IMG/VR virus record: IMGVR_UViG_3300032240_001660 | Coordinates: 1-63,719 of that record | Direction: 5' to 3' (one strand) | DNA length: 63,719 bases | DNA from: a virus | Taxonomy: Duplodnaviria; Caudoviricetes | Shown: positions 48,680-56,377 of the stretch, in pieces | Layout of the letters: every line of letters starts with the position of its first letter | Position numbering within the stretch: position 1 is the first letter of the stretch | The notes under the pieces: generated by a model | Told to the model about the DNA's origin: nothing | Database searches by the model: none | Seen by the model: only the letters and a program-made list of their open reading frames with translations | Made by a program: the position numbers and the translations under genes

Positions 48680-49260
48680 TATTTCCAAGTGCCTTTCGGA
48701 CAATTATCATCATAACAATTATGCGACTTCATTACACTTCTTGGAAGTCCACAAAGTTCACAATTGATTCCTCCACTACCAACATTAAAACCTGTTAGTG
48801 TGATTGTATCAATACCACCATTTACAGTAACGGTTGGTTGACCTGCACCATAGTTTATACTGTAACCAGATGGAATCTTCACTTCAACATCTTTGGTTGT
48901 AATTGGACCTTTCATCAATTCATTTACAGTCCAGTCCCAAGGTGCAGTATTTTTCGGTCTATTTGCAACACCGTAATCCATCTCATCGTAAAGTTCTTGT
49001 GCAGGATCAAATTTAGGTGTTGACCAATCATGCACAGGTTCTTGTGGCGTTTCAAATTCTTCAACACCATCAAAATCTTCGTCCCATTCATCATTAATAA
49101 CATCTAACTGACCATCAAAAACGAATCCAGAACCTTTTAGAAAATCTTGGAATCGAACCAAGATATCTTCTAAGGAATCCGCAGTAAATTCACTAACCAG
49201 TTTATTACCGACTAATTCGCCTCTAATATCTGTTTCTTCCATTATAAAAGTATATTTCAT
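48679..49260 (-). CDS. Hypothetical protein (acidic; C-terminal Cys/His cluster)
   Basis: EF.AD.LE.IL..F.DFLKG.GF..DG motif; CxxC..H.C...C tail. Confidence 0.65.
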   Translation of the reverse strand: MKYTFIMEETDIRGELVGNKLVSEFTADSLEDILVRFQDFLKGSGFVFDGQLDVINDEWDEDFDGVEEFETPQEPVHDWSTPKFDPAQELYDEMDYGVANRPKNTAPWDWTVNELMKGPITTKDVEVKIPSGYSINYGAGQPTVTVNGGIDTITLTGFNVGSGGINCELCGLPRSVMKSHNCYDDNCPKGTWK

Positions 49261-49529
49261 TATTTCACCACCGATTCATAAAGTGTTTCAAATTGTTCAT
49301 GCACAGCAACTTCTTCATCAAAGTTCTGTTTGTGATAAACCTTAACTAACTTCGCAACCAACTTCTTAGGTAATTGCATTTGTTTGGATGTCTCTGCAAT
49401 GCTCTCACGAATGAAATCTTGTTCACCATCGATACGAGTTAACGAATCGGAACATTCTCTAATAATCTTAAATAACTTCTCACGGTCTGGTTGAGAAAGT
49501 TGGTTAATTGTCAATTGTTGAACTGCCAT
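49260..49529 (-). CDS. dsbA: Double-stranded DNA-binding protein DsbA-like
   Basis: I.E.S....RI..E...I........LPKK...KL.K.YHK.NF.EE....E.FE.LY; next to gp33. Confidence 0.8.
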   Translation of the reverse strand: MAVQQLTINQLSQPDREKLFKIIRECSDSLTRIDGEQDFIRESIAETSKQMQLPKKLVAKLVKVYHKQNFDEEVAVHEQFETLYESVVK

Positions 49530-49547
49530 AATATACTCCTGTTAAAA

Positions 49548-49814
49548 TTATTTTTTAGCGATTGTCGCCACATTGTGTGATTGTGCCGAAGCGGCAAATG
49601 CAACACAAATCAAATCATCACTTTTTGCATATGAGCATCTTACTGATAATGGGTCGATTCCTTTTGCAATTGCGGAATCAATATTGTTTGCCATCAATGT
49701 TCTATCAGTTACATAGTAATATCCTAATCCTATGACTGACGCCAAAAGAACTAAAGTCAAACAAATAATAAATGTCGAATCTAACTTAAATAAATCTATG
49801 TTTTTCGTATTCAT
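49548..49814 (-). CDS. Membrane-anchored hypothetical protein
   Basis: One TM helix; AI.KG.DPL.VRC.Y motif. Confidence 0.65.
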   Translation of the reverse strand: MNTKNIDLFKLDSTFIICLTLVLLASVIGLGYYYVTDRTLMANNIDSAIAKGIDPLSVRCSYAKSDDLICVAFAASAQSHNVATIAKK

Positions 49815-50362
49815 TAACTCTCCATACCTTTTCGTTTATAAAAAATGTGTCTGCCTACCGTGGTTGTGTAAATCATATTAGGCCATTTTGGATTAACATA
49901 ATCAGCATGATAGAACAAGGCACCCTTTGATGGGTCTTCCATCTTCTCATAATTAGCATAAACATATACTGCTAAATTTCTAACATCATTATACAACGAA
50001 TTTGGCCTATTTGTCAAGACCTGTCCTGTCGATATTGCCTTGGCTCTATCTTCACAATACCAAGAAAATTGGCAAGTGTTACCGGTCTTTTGTTTAACAA
50101 CACCACAAATGTTGTTTTCAAAACGACCACTATTAACACGGTTCAAAGTAACAAAAGCAACGGCAATTTTACCTTCATCTGGTTCATACCCTGCTTCAAA
50201 ATACATGTTCTCTGCCAGACACTCAACCTGCGTTTTAGCATCTGCGGTTAAATTATTATAGTATGCCTTGTATGGCAAATTTCTATTTTGGTCTACCATC
50301 AAAAAACTAAATGTAAAAATAGTTACAATGGTCACCAATGTGATGAAAATGCGAACTCGCAT
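49814..50362 (-). CDS. Cell wall hydrolase, SleB/Hydrolase_2 family
   Basis: CLAENMYFEA..E...G..AV..V.LNRV, CQFSWYC, GALFYHA.YV.P.W, GRHIFY; N-terminal TM/signal. Confidence 0.9.
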   Translation of the reverse strand: MRVRIFITLVTIVTIFTFSFLMVDQNRNLPYKAYYNNLTADAKTQVECLAENMYFEAGYEPDEGKIAVAFVTLNRVNSGRFENNICGVVKQKTGNTCQFSWYCEDRAKAISTGQVLTNRPNSLYNDVRNLAVYVYANYEKMEDPSKGALFYHADYVNPKWPNMIYTTTVGRHIFYKRKGMES

Positions 50363-50383
50363 AATTTCTCCTTAATTAGTTAA

Positions 50384-50413
50384 GGATTTACGACCAAAGA
50401 AGGCCGTAAATCC
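50384..50413 (-). other. 12-bp intergenic hairpin (terminator or stabiliser) before the SleB RBS
   Basis: GGATTTACGGCC-TTCTTT-GGTCGTAAATCC on the minus strand. Confidence 0.6.
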
Positions 50414-50422
50414 GATCCCGTA

Positions 50423-50704
50423 TCAGGTGGACTTTTTAATTGTCTTTTCTTGTGTAGAATTGGGGATTTGTTGTGAAACGAAACCGTTCAATGCATTTGC
50501 TTTGATAATGATTTCTTGTTCACTTGGGAAGGAAGGAAAACCTGGATGGTCTGGTACTGGTTGGCCATTCAGTTTAGCATATTCGCATTGTGATGCGTAT
50601 TGATTGCTAATAGATTCACGCTTTCCGTAGTAGTCATCAGAAAGCATATCCTTCGCCATTTTTAGAAGTTCGAGGCGTATTTCGAACGGTGTCATGTTTG
50701 ACAT
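50423..50704 (-). CDS. Conserved phage hypothetical protein
   Basis: TPFEIRLELLKMAK.ML..P...EII.KA..LN.FVS; AGGAG SD; own late promoter. Confidence 0.75.
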   Translation of the reverse strand: MSNMTPFEIRLELLKMAKDMLSDDYYGKRESISNQYASQCEYAKLNGQPVPDHPGFPSFPSEQEIIIKANALNGFVSQQIPNSTQEKTIKKST

Positions 50705-50771
50705 ATAAAACTCCTTTGTGTGTTTTGTGTGTTACTGGCAATAAGTGTGTGTAGCCAGTTACTTATTTATG
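50705..50771 (-). promoter_or_regulatory. Late promoter CATAAATA plus a leader with a hairpin and ACACAC repeats
   Basis: ACTGGC/GCCAGT stem enclosing ACACACAC, then ACACACAAA twice before the SD. Confidence 0.6.
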
Positions 50772-50921
50772 TTACCAATGTCTTATAACACTGGCAATAA
50801 TGAAAAAATTCGTTATGATGTATATTAACACAATTAATGTGCGTATTGCGGCAATCTTATCTGATTCGCAATCATTCACACCTTCTTTTTGACCGAGTGC
50901 CTTAGCCCACAATCTCCACAT
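50772..50921 (-). CDS. Small membrane protein (49 aa), not in the ORF track
   Basis: MWRLWAKALGQKEGVNDCESDKIAAIRTLIVLIYIITNFFIIASVIRHW; resembles a recurrent T4-like/cyanophage small ORF. Confidence 0.8.
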   Translation of the reverse strand: MWRLWAKALGQKEGVNDCESDKIAAIRTLIVLIYIITNFFIIASVIRHW

Positions 50922-50922
50922 C

Positions 50923-51495
50923 TTACCACGCCCAACTAACGCAAGAATACCTTGTGCCTTTTGTTACTGGTTGAACTCCGTGTGGAAATAAAAATACGGA
51001 AGGAAATACAACTGCTGTGCCGGTTTTAAATTTGATTTCTTCGTCACCCCACATAATAAATTCACCACCCTCATAATCATCATTCAATACCGCAAGAAAG
51101 GTCATTGTAGGAATACCTTTTGCTTGACCATCAAACAATGAATGAATATGGTCGCAATGTAGTGCCATCAACCTATCTTCACTATAACGATTAAAACGAA
51201 CGGCAGAATAACCTTGCCATCCATTAAACCAAGGAAACTCTAATTCATTGGTATACTTTCGATATGCATCCCAAATTCTCTGCATCACATATGGTTGTGT
51301 AGATATATTACCACCCTCGAAAGAAACATCCAATTCACGATTGCCACTTTGAGTTCCATATGAACCATCAGAAGCATTATAGAATGTGTGTTGTTGCCAA
51401 TTTACATTGTTCATTTCACTTATGGTTTGTTTACACTTATCGGCATCTAACCAATTGTCATAAACTTTAACATAAGACATTAAATCTTTTTCCAT
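50923..51495 (-). CDS. 2OG-Fe(II) oxygenase, prolyl-4-hydroxylase-like
   Basis: HCD, LNDDYEGGEF, FPS.F.FPH.V.PVTKGTRYS.VSW. Confidence 0.88.
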   Translation of the reverse strand: MEKDLMSYVKVYDNWLDADKCKQTISEMNNVNWQQHTFYNASDGSYGTQSGNRELDVSFEGGNISTQPYVMQRIWDAYRKYTNELEFPWFNGWQGYSAVRFNRYSEDRLMALHCDHIHSLFDGQAKGIPTMTFLAVLNDDYEGGEFIMWGDEEIKFKTGTAVVFPSVFLFPHGVQPVTKGTRYSCVSWAW

Positions 51496-51497
51496 AA

Positions 51498-52223
51498 TCA
51501 ATCCCACAAACCTTGATAATATTTACCAAACAAACGGAATCCATTCTTCATTCTATCTTCAACAATTTGCATACCATCGTAATCGCATTTATATGTATGA
51601 TTTGGTCCATCTTTCATTTGCGTGAACTTGTGTTCACCTTTTGGTACTTCGTTGCCGTCTTTGTCAACAGGCACCCAAAGTATATCCATCTCACCAGAAC
51701 GATATGCATCTTGCCAAGAATCATCAACCTTGTGCTCAAATGCATATATCATTTCTTTGAGAACATAATCCCAACGCTTGAAATGGTTGTCATCGGTGTC
51801 CCATTCGTTTTCTTTTGGTGGTGCAGAAGTTGATTTTAATTCTTCTGGCACATCCTCATCATCAACAAAAGGCGCACCGTGTTTTGATTCTTTCAATTGT
51901 TTCAACATTGGAAGAATGATGTATGACAATGTGTGATCCATTGACCAAGTATCCCATCGGTCAATTTTTACATAATCAATCTTGCGGTCAACTTTACTCC
52001 AAACCCATTGAATTGCTTTACTGATAGGTAGAAGGCGGTCAGACCATTTCTCAACCCATTCGGGATGTTCGATGTATTTGTATTTACCTTCAAGTTCATC
52101 TAATGCGTTTTGGATACTACTATTGCGACTACATTTAGACCAATCTGTCCAAAAGAACATATAATCTAACATAGTGTAAGGACTAATCCAATGGTCTTTA
52201 TAATTATTAATGTAAACTTTCAC
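51498..52223 (-). CDS. Conserved hypothetical protein of T4-like phages
   Basis: KID.WDTWSMD.TL..II.PML.QLK..KHG.P, RWD.VL.EMI.AF, GF.LFGKYY..LWD. Confidence 0.75.
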   Translation of the reverse strand: MKVYINNYKDHWISPYTMLDYMFFWTDWSKCSRNSSIQNALDELEGKYKYIEHPEWVEKWSDRLLPISKAIQWVWSKVDRKIDYVKIDRWDTWSMDHTLSYIILPMLKQLKESKHGAPFVDDEDVPEELKSTSAPPKENEWDTDDNHFKRWDYVLKEMIYAFEHKVDDSWQDAYRSGEMDILWVPVDKDGNEVPKGEHKFTQMKDGPNHTYKCDYDGMQIVEDRMKNGFRLFGKYYQGLWD

Positions 52224-52372
52224 TCGACATTTTCCTTATATGATTTAAACTTATCGTAATTACGAATATCCGAAATTCTTTTTCGGCCTGCGGAATTACC
52301 CAACCATCTAAGCTGGGTACACATGGTACATCTGCAACTTCTACGAGGTTTCTTTCTTTTGAAATTTGCCAT
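52220..52372 (-). CDS. Small basic Cys-containing protein (50 aa), not in the ORF track
   Basis: MANFKRKKPRRSCRCTMCTQLRWLGNSAGRKRISDIRNYDKFKSYKENVE; AGGGG SD; GTGA overlap with the next gene. Confidence 0.7.
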   Translation of the reverse strand: MANFKRKKPRRSCRCTMCTQLRWLGNSAGRKRISDIRNYDKFKSYKENVE

Positions 52373-52390
52373 GATTTACCCCTAAATTTG

Positions 52391-52684
52391 TGGATGGTTA
52401 TTCTGTTACGAGGAAACCATCCGAAACCCTAAGCTGCGTTTAGGCTGCTAATGCGAACTGTGAGTCGTTTGCGTTTACTTTGATTTAGTTTTTACACCTG
52501 CTCTGGTGTGTTGTCCACTTCTATACTTGTTACCCTGTCGAAACTATGCAGGCCCATCAGAAGTATAATCCCGTTTCTTATGTCTCTATATGCTATGGGC
52601 ATATCGATTATACTTTTGGTGGACCTGGGGGGATTCGCACCCCCGTCCAGAATACTTTTCTAGTTGCTTCATACAACAATTCAA
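52391..52684 (-). ncRNA. ssrA: Circularly permuted two-piece tmRNA; tag ANDSQFALAA
   Basis: Acceptor piece GGGGG-TGCGAAT-CCCCC-CAGGTCC-ACCA ends at 52617; 61-nt spacer 52616-52556; coding piece starts GGGCCTG..GTTTCGAC at 52555 (G3.U70 Ala identity); tag ORF 52472-52440; 3' hairpin 52392-52422. Confidence 0.95.
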
Positions 52685-52690
52685 TAAACA

Positions 52691-52719
52691 ATTATATCAG
52701 AATTTATTTAGTGTGTCAA
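52691..52719 (-). promoter_or_regulatory. Consensus sigma70 promoter of the tmRNA with an embedded late motif
   Basis: TTGACA-cactaaataaattctga (17 nt)-TATAAT; TAAATA at 52705-10. Confidence 0.9.
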
Positions 52720-53382
52720 GTGGTATTTACCAATGTACCGATTTGTCATAGTAAGGTAATCTTGTTTTTTCTCAATGAAAATTTGAGGTAAAGTCTCACC
52801 TTCAACGGCAATTGCAATAACCAATTGTTCAATTGGCATGCCTGTTCTTTCTTCAAACATTTCGGAATAGGCAGTTGCTTGCATGAAGTAATTTTCAATG
52901 TGATTTTTATCTTTCAATCGAGAGGATGTTTTCCAATCAATAATGGATAAAACACCATCCCAAATACCAATGCAATCACAACGACCTGCAATCTTCAATC
53001 TATCTGAGAATAGTGGTTGTTCAATACCATAAATGTCACCAATATGAGTATCCAAATAAGGTCTGATATTGACAAACATTTCTTTAATGTCTGGCATCAT
53101 CGTTTGCATTTGAAGTGGTGACATTTCATTTAACAAATACTTCTCAACTGAATTATGCAACTTGGTACCACGACCAGATGCTTTACGAGAGATTTTATTT
53201 GCTTCTTCTTCACCAACTCTTTGGCGCCACTCCATAATCGCCTTCTTATTGTAAGAGGACAATACAGTAGTGATAGAAGGATAGAATTTGCCTTCAGGTG
53301 TTTTATATTTTCTACCAGATTCGGTAGTTTCGGATTCTAAATCAAAATTTAATGATTCAAGTTTAACATGATTAAAAGGCAT
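52708..53382 (-). CDS. PD-(D/E)XK exonuclease (RecB/Cas4-like superfamily)
   Basis: YPSITTVL, W..RVG.EEA, RGT..H, E..L.S...AGR.DC, IIDWKTS, YF.Q..AY. Confidence 0.88.
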   Translation of the reverse strand: MPFNHVKLESLNFDLESETTESGRKYKTPEGKFYPSITTVLSSYNKKAIMEWRQRVGEEEANKISRKASGRGTKLHNSVEKYLLNEMSPLQMQTMMPDIKEMFVNIRPYLDTHIGDIYGIEQPLFSDRLKIAGRCDCIGIWDGVLSIIDWKTSSRLKDKNHIENYFMQATAYSEMFEERTGMPIEQLVIAIAVEGETLPQIFIEKKQDYLTMTNRYIGKYHLTH

Positions 53383-53705
53383 TATTTGGTCATTCGTTTT
53401 GTAATTCTGTCCACATGTTTTTTAACCACTTGAGCGCTTCTTGCCTCTTTAATGGATTTGCGGTGATATTTTTCTCCAACTGGACTAGAAGGATGTTTTT
53501 CGGCTACTTTCTGTAACACTTCTTTGAAACCACCGAGTTTTCTGTCACTTTCACGAGCAGAATTAACACCAGACACAATCGCTGGTGCAGTCAATACGGA
53601 TTGAATATGAGGATTTTCTTTTAAGAATTCTTCACGCTCGGAGATTTTCATAAACGATTCGAATTCTTCACCTGTTTCAGTATCTAAAAAATTATATGTT
53701 GGCAT
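53382..53705 (-). CDS. FmdB-like regulatory protein lacking the zinc-ribbon cysteines
   Basis: MPTY.F....TGE.FE..M.ISE...FL..NP; GFKEVL.K....HP. Confidence 0.65.
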   Translation of the reverse strand: MPTYNFLDTETGEEFESFMKISEREEFLKENPHIQSVLTAPAIVSGVNSARESDRKLGGFKEVLQKVAEKHPSSPVGEKYHRKSIKEARSAQVVKKHVDRITKRMTK

Positions 53706-54252
53706 TATCACTCATTGGGTTAGCGAACCACAAAGGAACTTGTCTCTTTGTCCACTTCGCAAAATGTTTCTTTTTTTCAATATAATATTTATGATACGAT
53801 GCAAGAGAATCACCGGCAATCTTACATTCATCAGGCATTGCAGGTGTAGGTTCAGTAAAAGATTTTTCTTGTAGGTTGTGGGGTATCTCCGCAAGAGCAC
53901 CAATTAACCTAGCACATGCATGAGTTTTACCATAACGATAAGTATATTCTTGCAAGAGACACGCCCACATCTGCATCAGCCAAACATAATTTTGTTTGGA
54001 CTGTCTAACCCACACGGCAGAAGGATGATTAATATGTGAAGCTTTCATTAGTTGTGCTTCACGGTCATCTTTCAATCGCCATCTTTTAATTCTTCGACCA
54101 TTTGCGGTAAAATCAATATATTCTTCACCATCAAGAACACGGTGTGCAGTTGACATAAGTTGAGCATATTCGATAATCATCTTAACCACATGTTTATCTA
54201 GGTGCATTTCAGCACACTTCTTTGGATGTTGGTCAAGATAGAATATGTTCAT
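53692..54252 (-). CDS. Pyrimidine-dimer DNA glycosylase (DenV/Pyr_excise-like)
   Basis: MNIFYLD..P..CA..H.DKHVVKM..E.AQL.STAH, H.NHP...W.R.S..NY.WL, EYT.RYGK.H, P.AMP. Confidence 0.8.
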   Translation of the reverse strand: MNIFYLDQHPKKCAEMHLDKHVVKMIIEYAQLMSTAHRVLDGEEYIDFTANGRRIKRWRLKDDREAQLMKASHINHPSAVWVRQSKQNYVWLMQMWACLLQEYTYRYGKTHACARLIGALAEIPHNLQEKSFTEPTPAMPDECKIAGDSLASYHKYYIEKKKHFAKWTKRQVPLWFANPMSDNANI

Positions 54253-54557
54253 GGCAGTTCCTTATCGGTCATTTGCTTTTTCTTTTTCATACCACCTTTA
54301 TGTTTAACTCTTTCAACTAATTCTTCATCATATTTGGTATCATCTTCATCACGAACAGTTGCCCAGAGCGCATCAAAATCACTTCGCAATTGGCGGTGAA
54401 TATCTTCAACACTACCTTGTAAATACCACAGAGAATTTTCTGCATCTTCTAAATTGGTTTGTGGAATGCCGCAAGAAATTACTCGCAACATACTTTCCAA
54501 CGCACTCAATCGGATAATCGAATCTTCAATTCTACTAAGTTCTGACCAATATTTCAT
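54249..54557 (-). CDS. Hypothetical protein
   Basis: Helical ORF coupled to its neighbours by overlapping stop/start codons. Confidence 0.6.
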   Translation of the reverse strand: MKYWSELSRIEDSIIRLSALESMLRVISCGIPQTNLEDAENSLWYLQGSVEDIHRQLRSDFDALWATVRDEDDTKYDEELVERVKHKGGMKKKKQMTDKELP

Positions 54558-54739
54558 TACCAATCTCCGTTATCAATCCAAATTCTAATCGTTAAAAACA
54601 AGAACGAAAAACTATAAGTGTGTTCTGCTGAACCCCACTCCGCATTACTTTCTTTTCTAATCCAAGGTAAAACTTTCCAATGCAAAGGGTTCAATTGAAA
54701 AATAATACTTGCGCCACTATATCGTAAATAATCAATCAT
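54557..54739 (-). CDS. Hypothetical protein
   Basis: Trp-rich small ORF; ATGA overlap with the upstream gene. Confidence 0.55.
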   Translation of the reverse strand: MIDYLRYSGASIIFQLNPLHWKVLPWIRKESNAEWGSAEHTYSFSFLFLTIRIWIDNGDW

Positions 54740-54951
54740 CTTAGTACCCATCTTGCAACAGTTACATCACCTTTTTTAAATACATCACCGGGTTTTCGTC
54801 TTTGGCAATTTGTTTGCATTTTCGATTCAGCCTGTTTCAAAGCTTTCTGAACCGTTTCTTGTTTATCCAAGCACATTTCTTCACTTTGAAATTTTTCATA
54901 TATTGTGAAGTTGTTTGCAGATGCTAACCAAATAACTAAAACCCATTCCAT
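54736..54951 (-). CDS. Hypothetical protein (hydrophobic N-terminus, F.S.E.C motif)
   Basis: ORF within an operon-like array. Confidence 0.6.
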   Translation of the reverse strand: MEWVLVIWLASANNFTIYEKFQSEEMCLDKQETVQKALKQAESKMQTNCQRRKPGDVFKKGDVTVARWVLR

Positions 54952-54954
54952 AAT

Positions 54955-55227
54955 TTACTCTTTATCAAAAATATTAGACCATTTTGCAAGTTTAGCCATT
55001 TTAGCATTTTTGGCATTATAGACATTCATTTCATCAACTACGCCATTTGCAATTAATAACTCAATCATGCAAAGCAAATCGCCAAGTTCTTCGGTCAATC
55101 TTTGACGATTGGTTTTCGCTTCGTATTCAGAATCAAAACCAAATCGAAAACACTTGCTAATTGCTTGTGTAACTTCTGCACATTCTTCCTGTGCAATCAG
55201 TAAAATTTCATTTTGTTTATTATTCAA
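54955..55227 (-). CDS. MazG-like NTP pyrophosphohydrolase
   Basis: EECAEV.QAISK..RFG and L.EE.GDL motifs. Confidence 0.8.
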   Translation of the reverse strand: MNNKQNEILLIAQEECAEVTQAISKCFRFGFDSEYEAKTNRQRLTEELGDLLCMIELLIANGVVDEMNVYNAKNAKMAKLAKWSNIFDKE

Positions 55228-55462
55228 CTTCCATCATCCTATTAATATGTGCATCAATCAATCGGGTTCGAATCATATCAGTAATAGTTAAATGTGGCCA
55301 TTCTAATATGAAAGGACAATGATTTGTCCACCTGTTATTGTCTAAAAAATATTTAAACTCTGCGATATCTTCTTTGTTATGCGGATCAAAATATCGTTTT
55401 TGCCAAATATGATGACTTAAACGAAAACCTTTGAGATTTAGAGATTCTTCTATATGATTCAT
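55220..55462 (-). CDS. Hypothetical protein
   Basis: R.FDP....D...F.....W...CPF.LEWP motif. Confidence 0.6.
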   Translation of the reverse strand: MNHIEESLNLKGFRLSHHIWQKRYFDPHNKEDIAEFKYFLDNNRWTNHCPFILEWPHLTITDMIRTRLIDAHINRMMEVE

Positions 55463-55478
55463 TTTTTAATAAGGATAA

Positions 55479-55600
55479 GGGGCACGCTGGCTGTCTCCCG
55501 ACAGTCGCTGTTGTTTAAGAATGAGCGGACTCTGCCTATATGAGACTGACTGCTGGTTGTACCAGACTGACTGCTCGCCATAGAGTCTCGCAACTCCCCC
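55479..55600 (-). ncRNA. Candidate structured RNA, GC-rich intergenic (alternatively a 47-aa ORF)
   Basis: About 57% GC by hand count; nested stems, GGGA tetraloop hairpin, 12-nt direct repeat. Confidence 0.45.
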
Positions 55601-55614
55601 ATTTACTGGTTTGA

Positions 55615-56049
55615 TTAAGCAGCTGTTTGTGTTGGAGTAATTTCTGTCACTACCAAATCTTCGGTAGTATCAATCACTTTATCAGCAACAGGTTCTGCTT
55701 TCAAGTCTTTTAACTTCACAACAGGTGCGGTCTTAGTTTTAGCCTTGACAATCTTTGTTGATTGACCAGGTTTGAAACCAGACTTAGTAACACCATTGCG
55801 GTCTAGGTACTTCTTCATTTCATCAACATTCATTAGTTGATACGCCGTAATTTTACGACCGTCTTTGATTGCCTTAACGACAGCATTGGCATTTGTTTTC
55901 ATCAACCAAATGTAGGTTGACAAACGATACATGTGGATTTCTTTGCCAAGAGTGGCATCGATTTCATCAACAGTAACGGCTTTGCCGGATGCCATAATCA
56001 ACATCAATTTTTGAAACGGTGCAAGTTTATCAGATTTACCACGAGCCAT
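55615..56049 (-). CDS. Early protein, winged-helix-like DNA-binding candidate
   Basis: L....GK.VT..EI...L....RLSTYI..K......I..GRK...YQL; basic; C-terminus TAA. Confidence 0.6.
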   Translation of the reverse strand: MARGKSDKLAPFQKLMLIMASGKAVTVDEIDATLGKEIHMYRLSTYIWLMKTNANAVVKAIKDGRKITAYQLMNVDEMKKYLDRNGVTKSGFKPGQSTKIVKAKTKTAPVVKLKDLKAEPVADKVIDTTEDLVVTEITPTQTAA

Positions 56050-56083
56050 AATATAAAATTCCTTTTATCAGTTTAGAGATATA

Positions 56084-56112
56084 ATTGTAACATAGAACGG
56101 AACAATTGTCAA
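56084..56112 (-). promoter_or_regulatory. Early sigma70 promoter
   Basis: TTGACA-N17-TACAAT with an extended -10 TG. Confidence 0.85.
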
Positions 56113-56125
56113 GTGCCATACAGTA

Positions 56126-56377
56126 TTATTGCCTAGTATAGACTGTAAATGTTACCGCATCTTCCTTCAGGCAACCAGATTGGCGGGTTGTTACCGACCT
56201 GCCGTATTTCGCTGGACGAGGTCCACGAAACTTGAATCGCACAGGTTGCCCCACTACATTGCGAATCAATTTCCTGGTTTTTTCGGAGTATTTGGATATT
56301 GGAATATCTTTATACAACGAGGTAAACCAAGGAGGAGACCTAAAATCTTTTAGTGTATATGTTTGCGTTACACTCAT
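56126..56377 (-). CDS. Small basic hypothetical protein
   Basis: R.KFRGPR...RQS.CLK.DA..F.VY motif; ATGA overlap. Confidence 0.6.
   Translation of the reverse strand: MSVTQTYTLKDFRSPPWFTSLYKDIPISKYSEKTRKLIRNVVGQPVRFKFRGPRPAKYGRSVTTRQSGCLKEDAVTFTVYTRQ

Noticed and set aside
52617-52648. Stand-alone tRNA-Ala or an attachment-site remnant
   Set aside because: No anticodon arm; its pairing partner and a tag ORF lie downstream, which fits a permuted tmRNA.
52546-52791. 81-aa plus-strand ORF
   Set aside because: Antisense to the tmRNA and its promoter; the GGPGGIRTPVQ sequence is a by-product of the T-arm.
52708-53382. Cas4/CRISPR system
   Set aside because: Stand-alone PD-(D/E)XK exonuclease lacking the four-Cys Fe-S pattern; no repeat-spacer array or other cas genes in the window.
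55479-55600. Retron msr-msd, hammerhead ribozyme or tRNA
   Set aside because: No RT gene nearby, no CUGAUGA/GAAA core and no T-loop/CCA cloverleaf; kept only as an unclassified RNA candidate.
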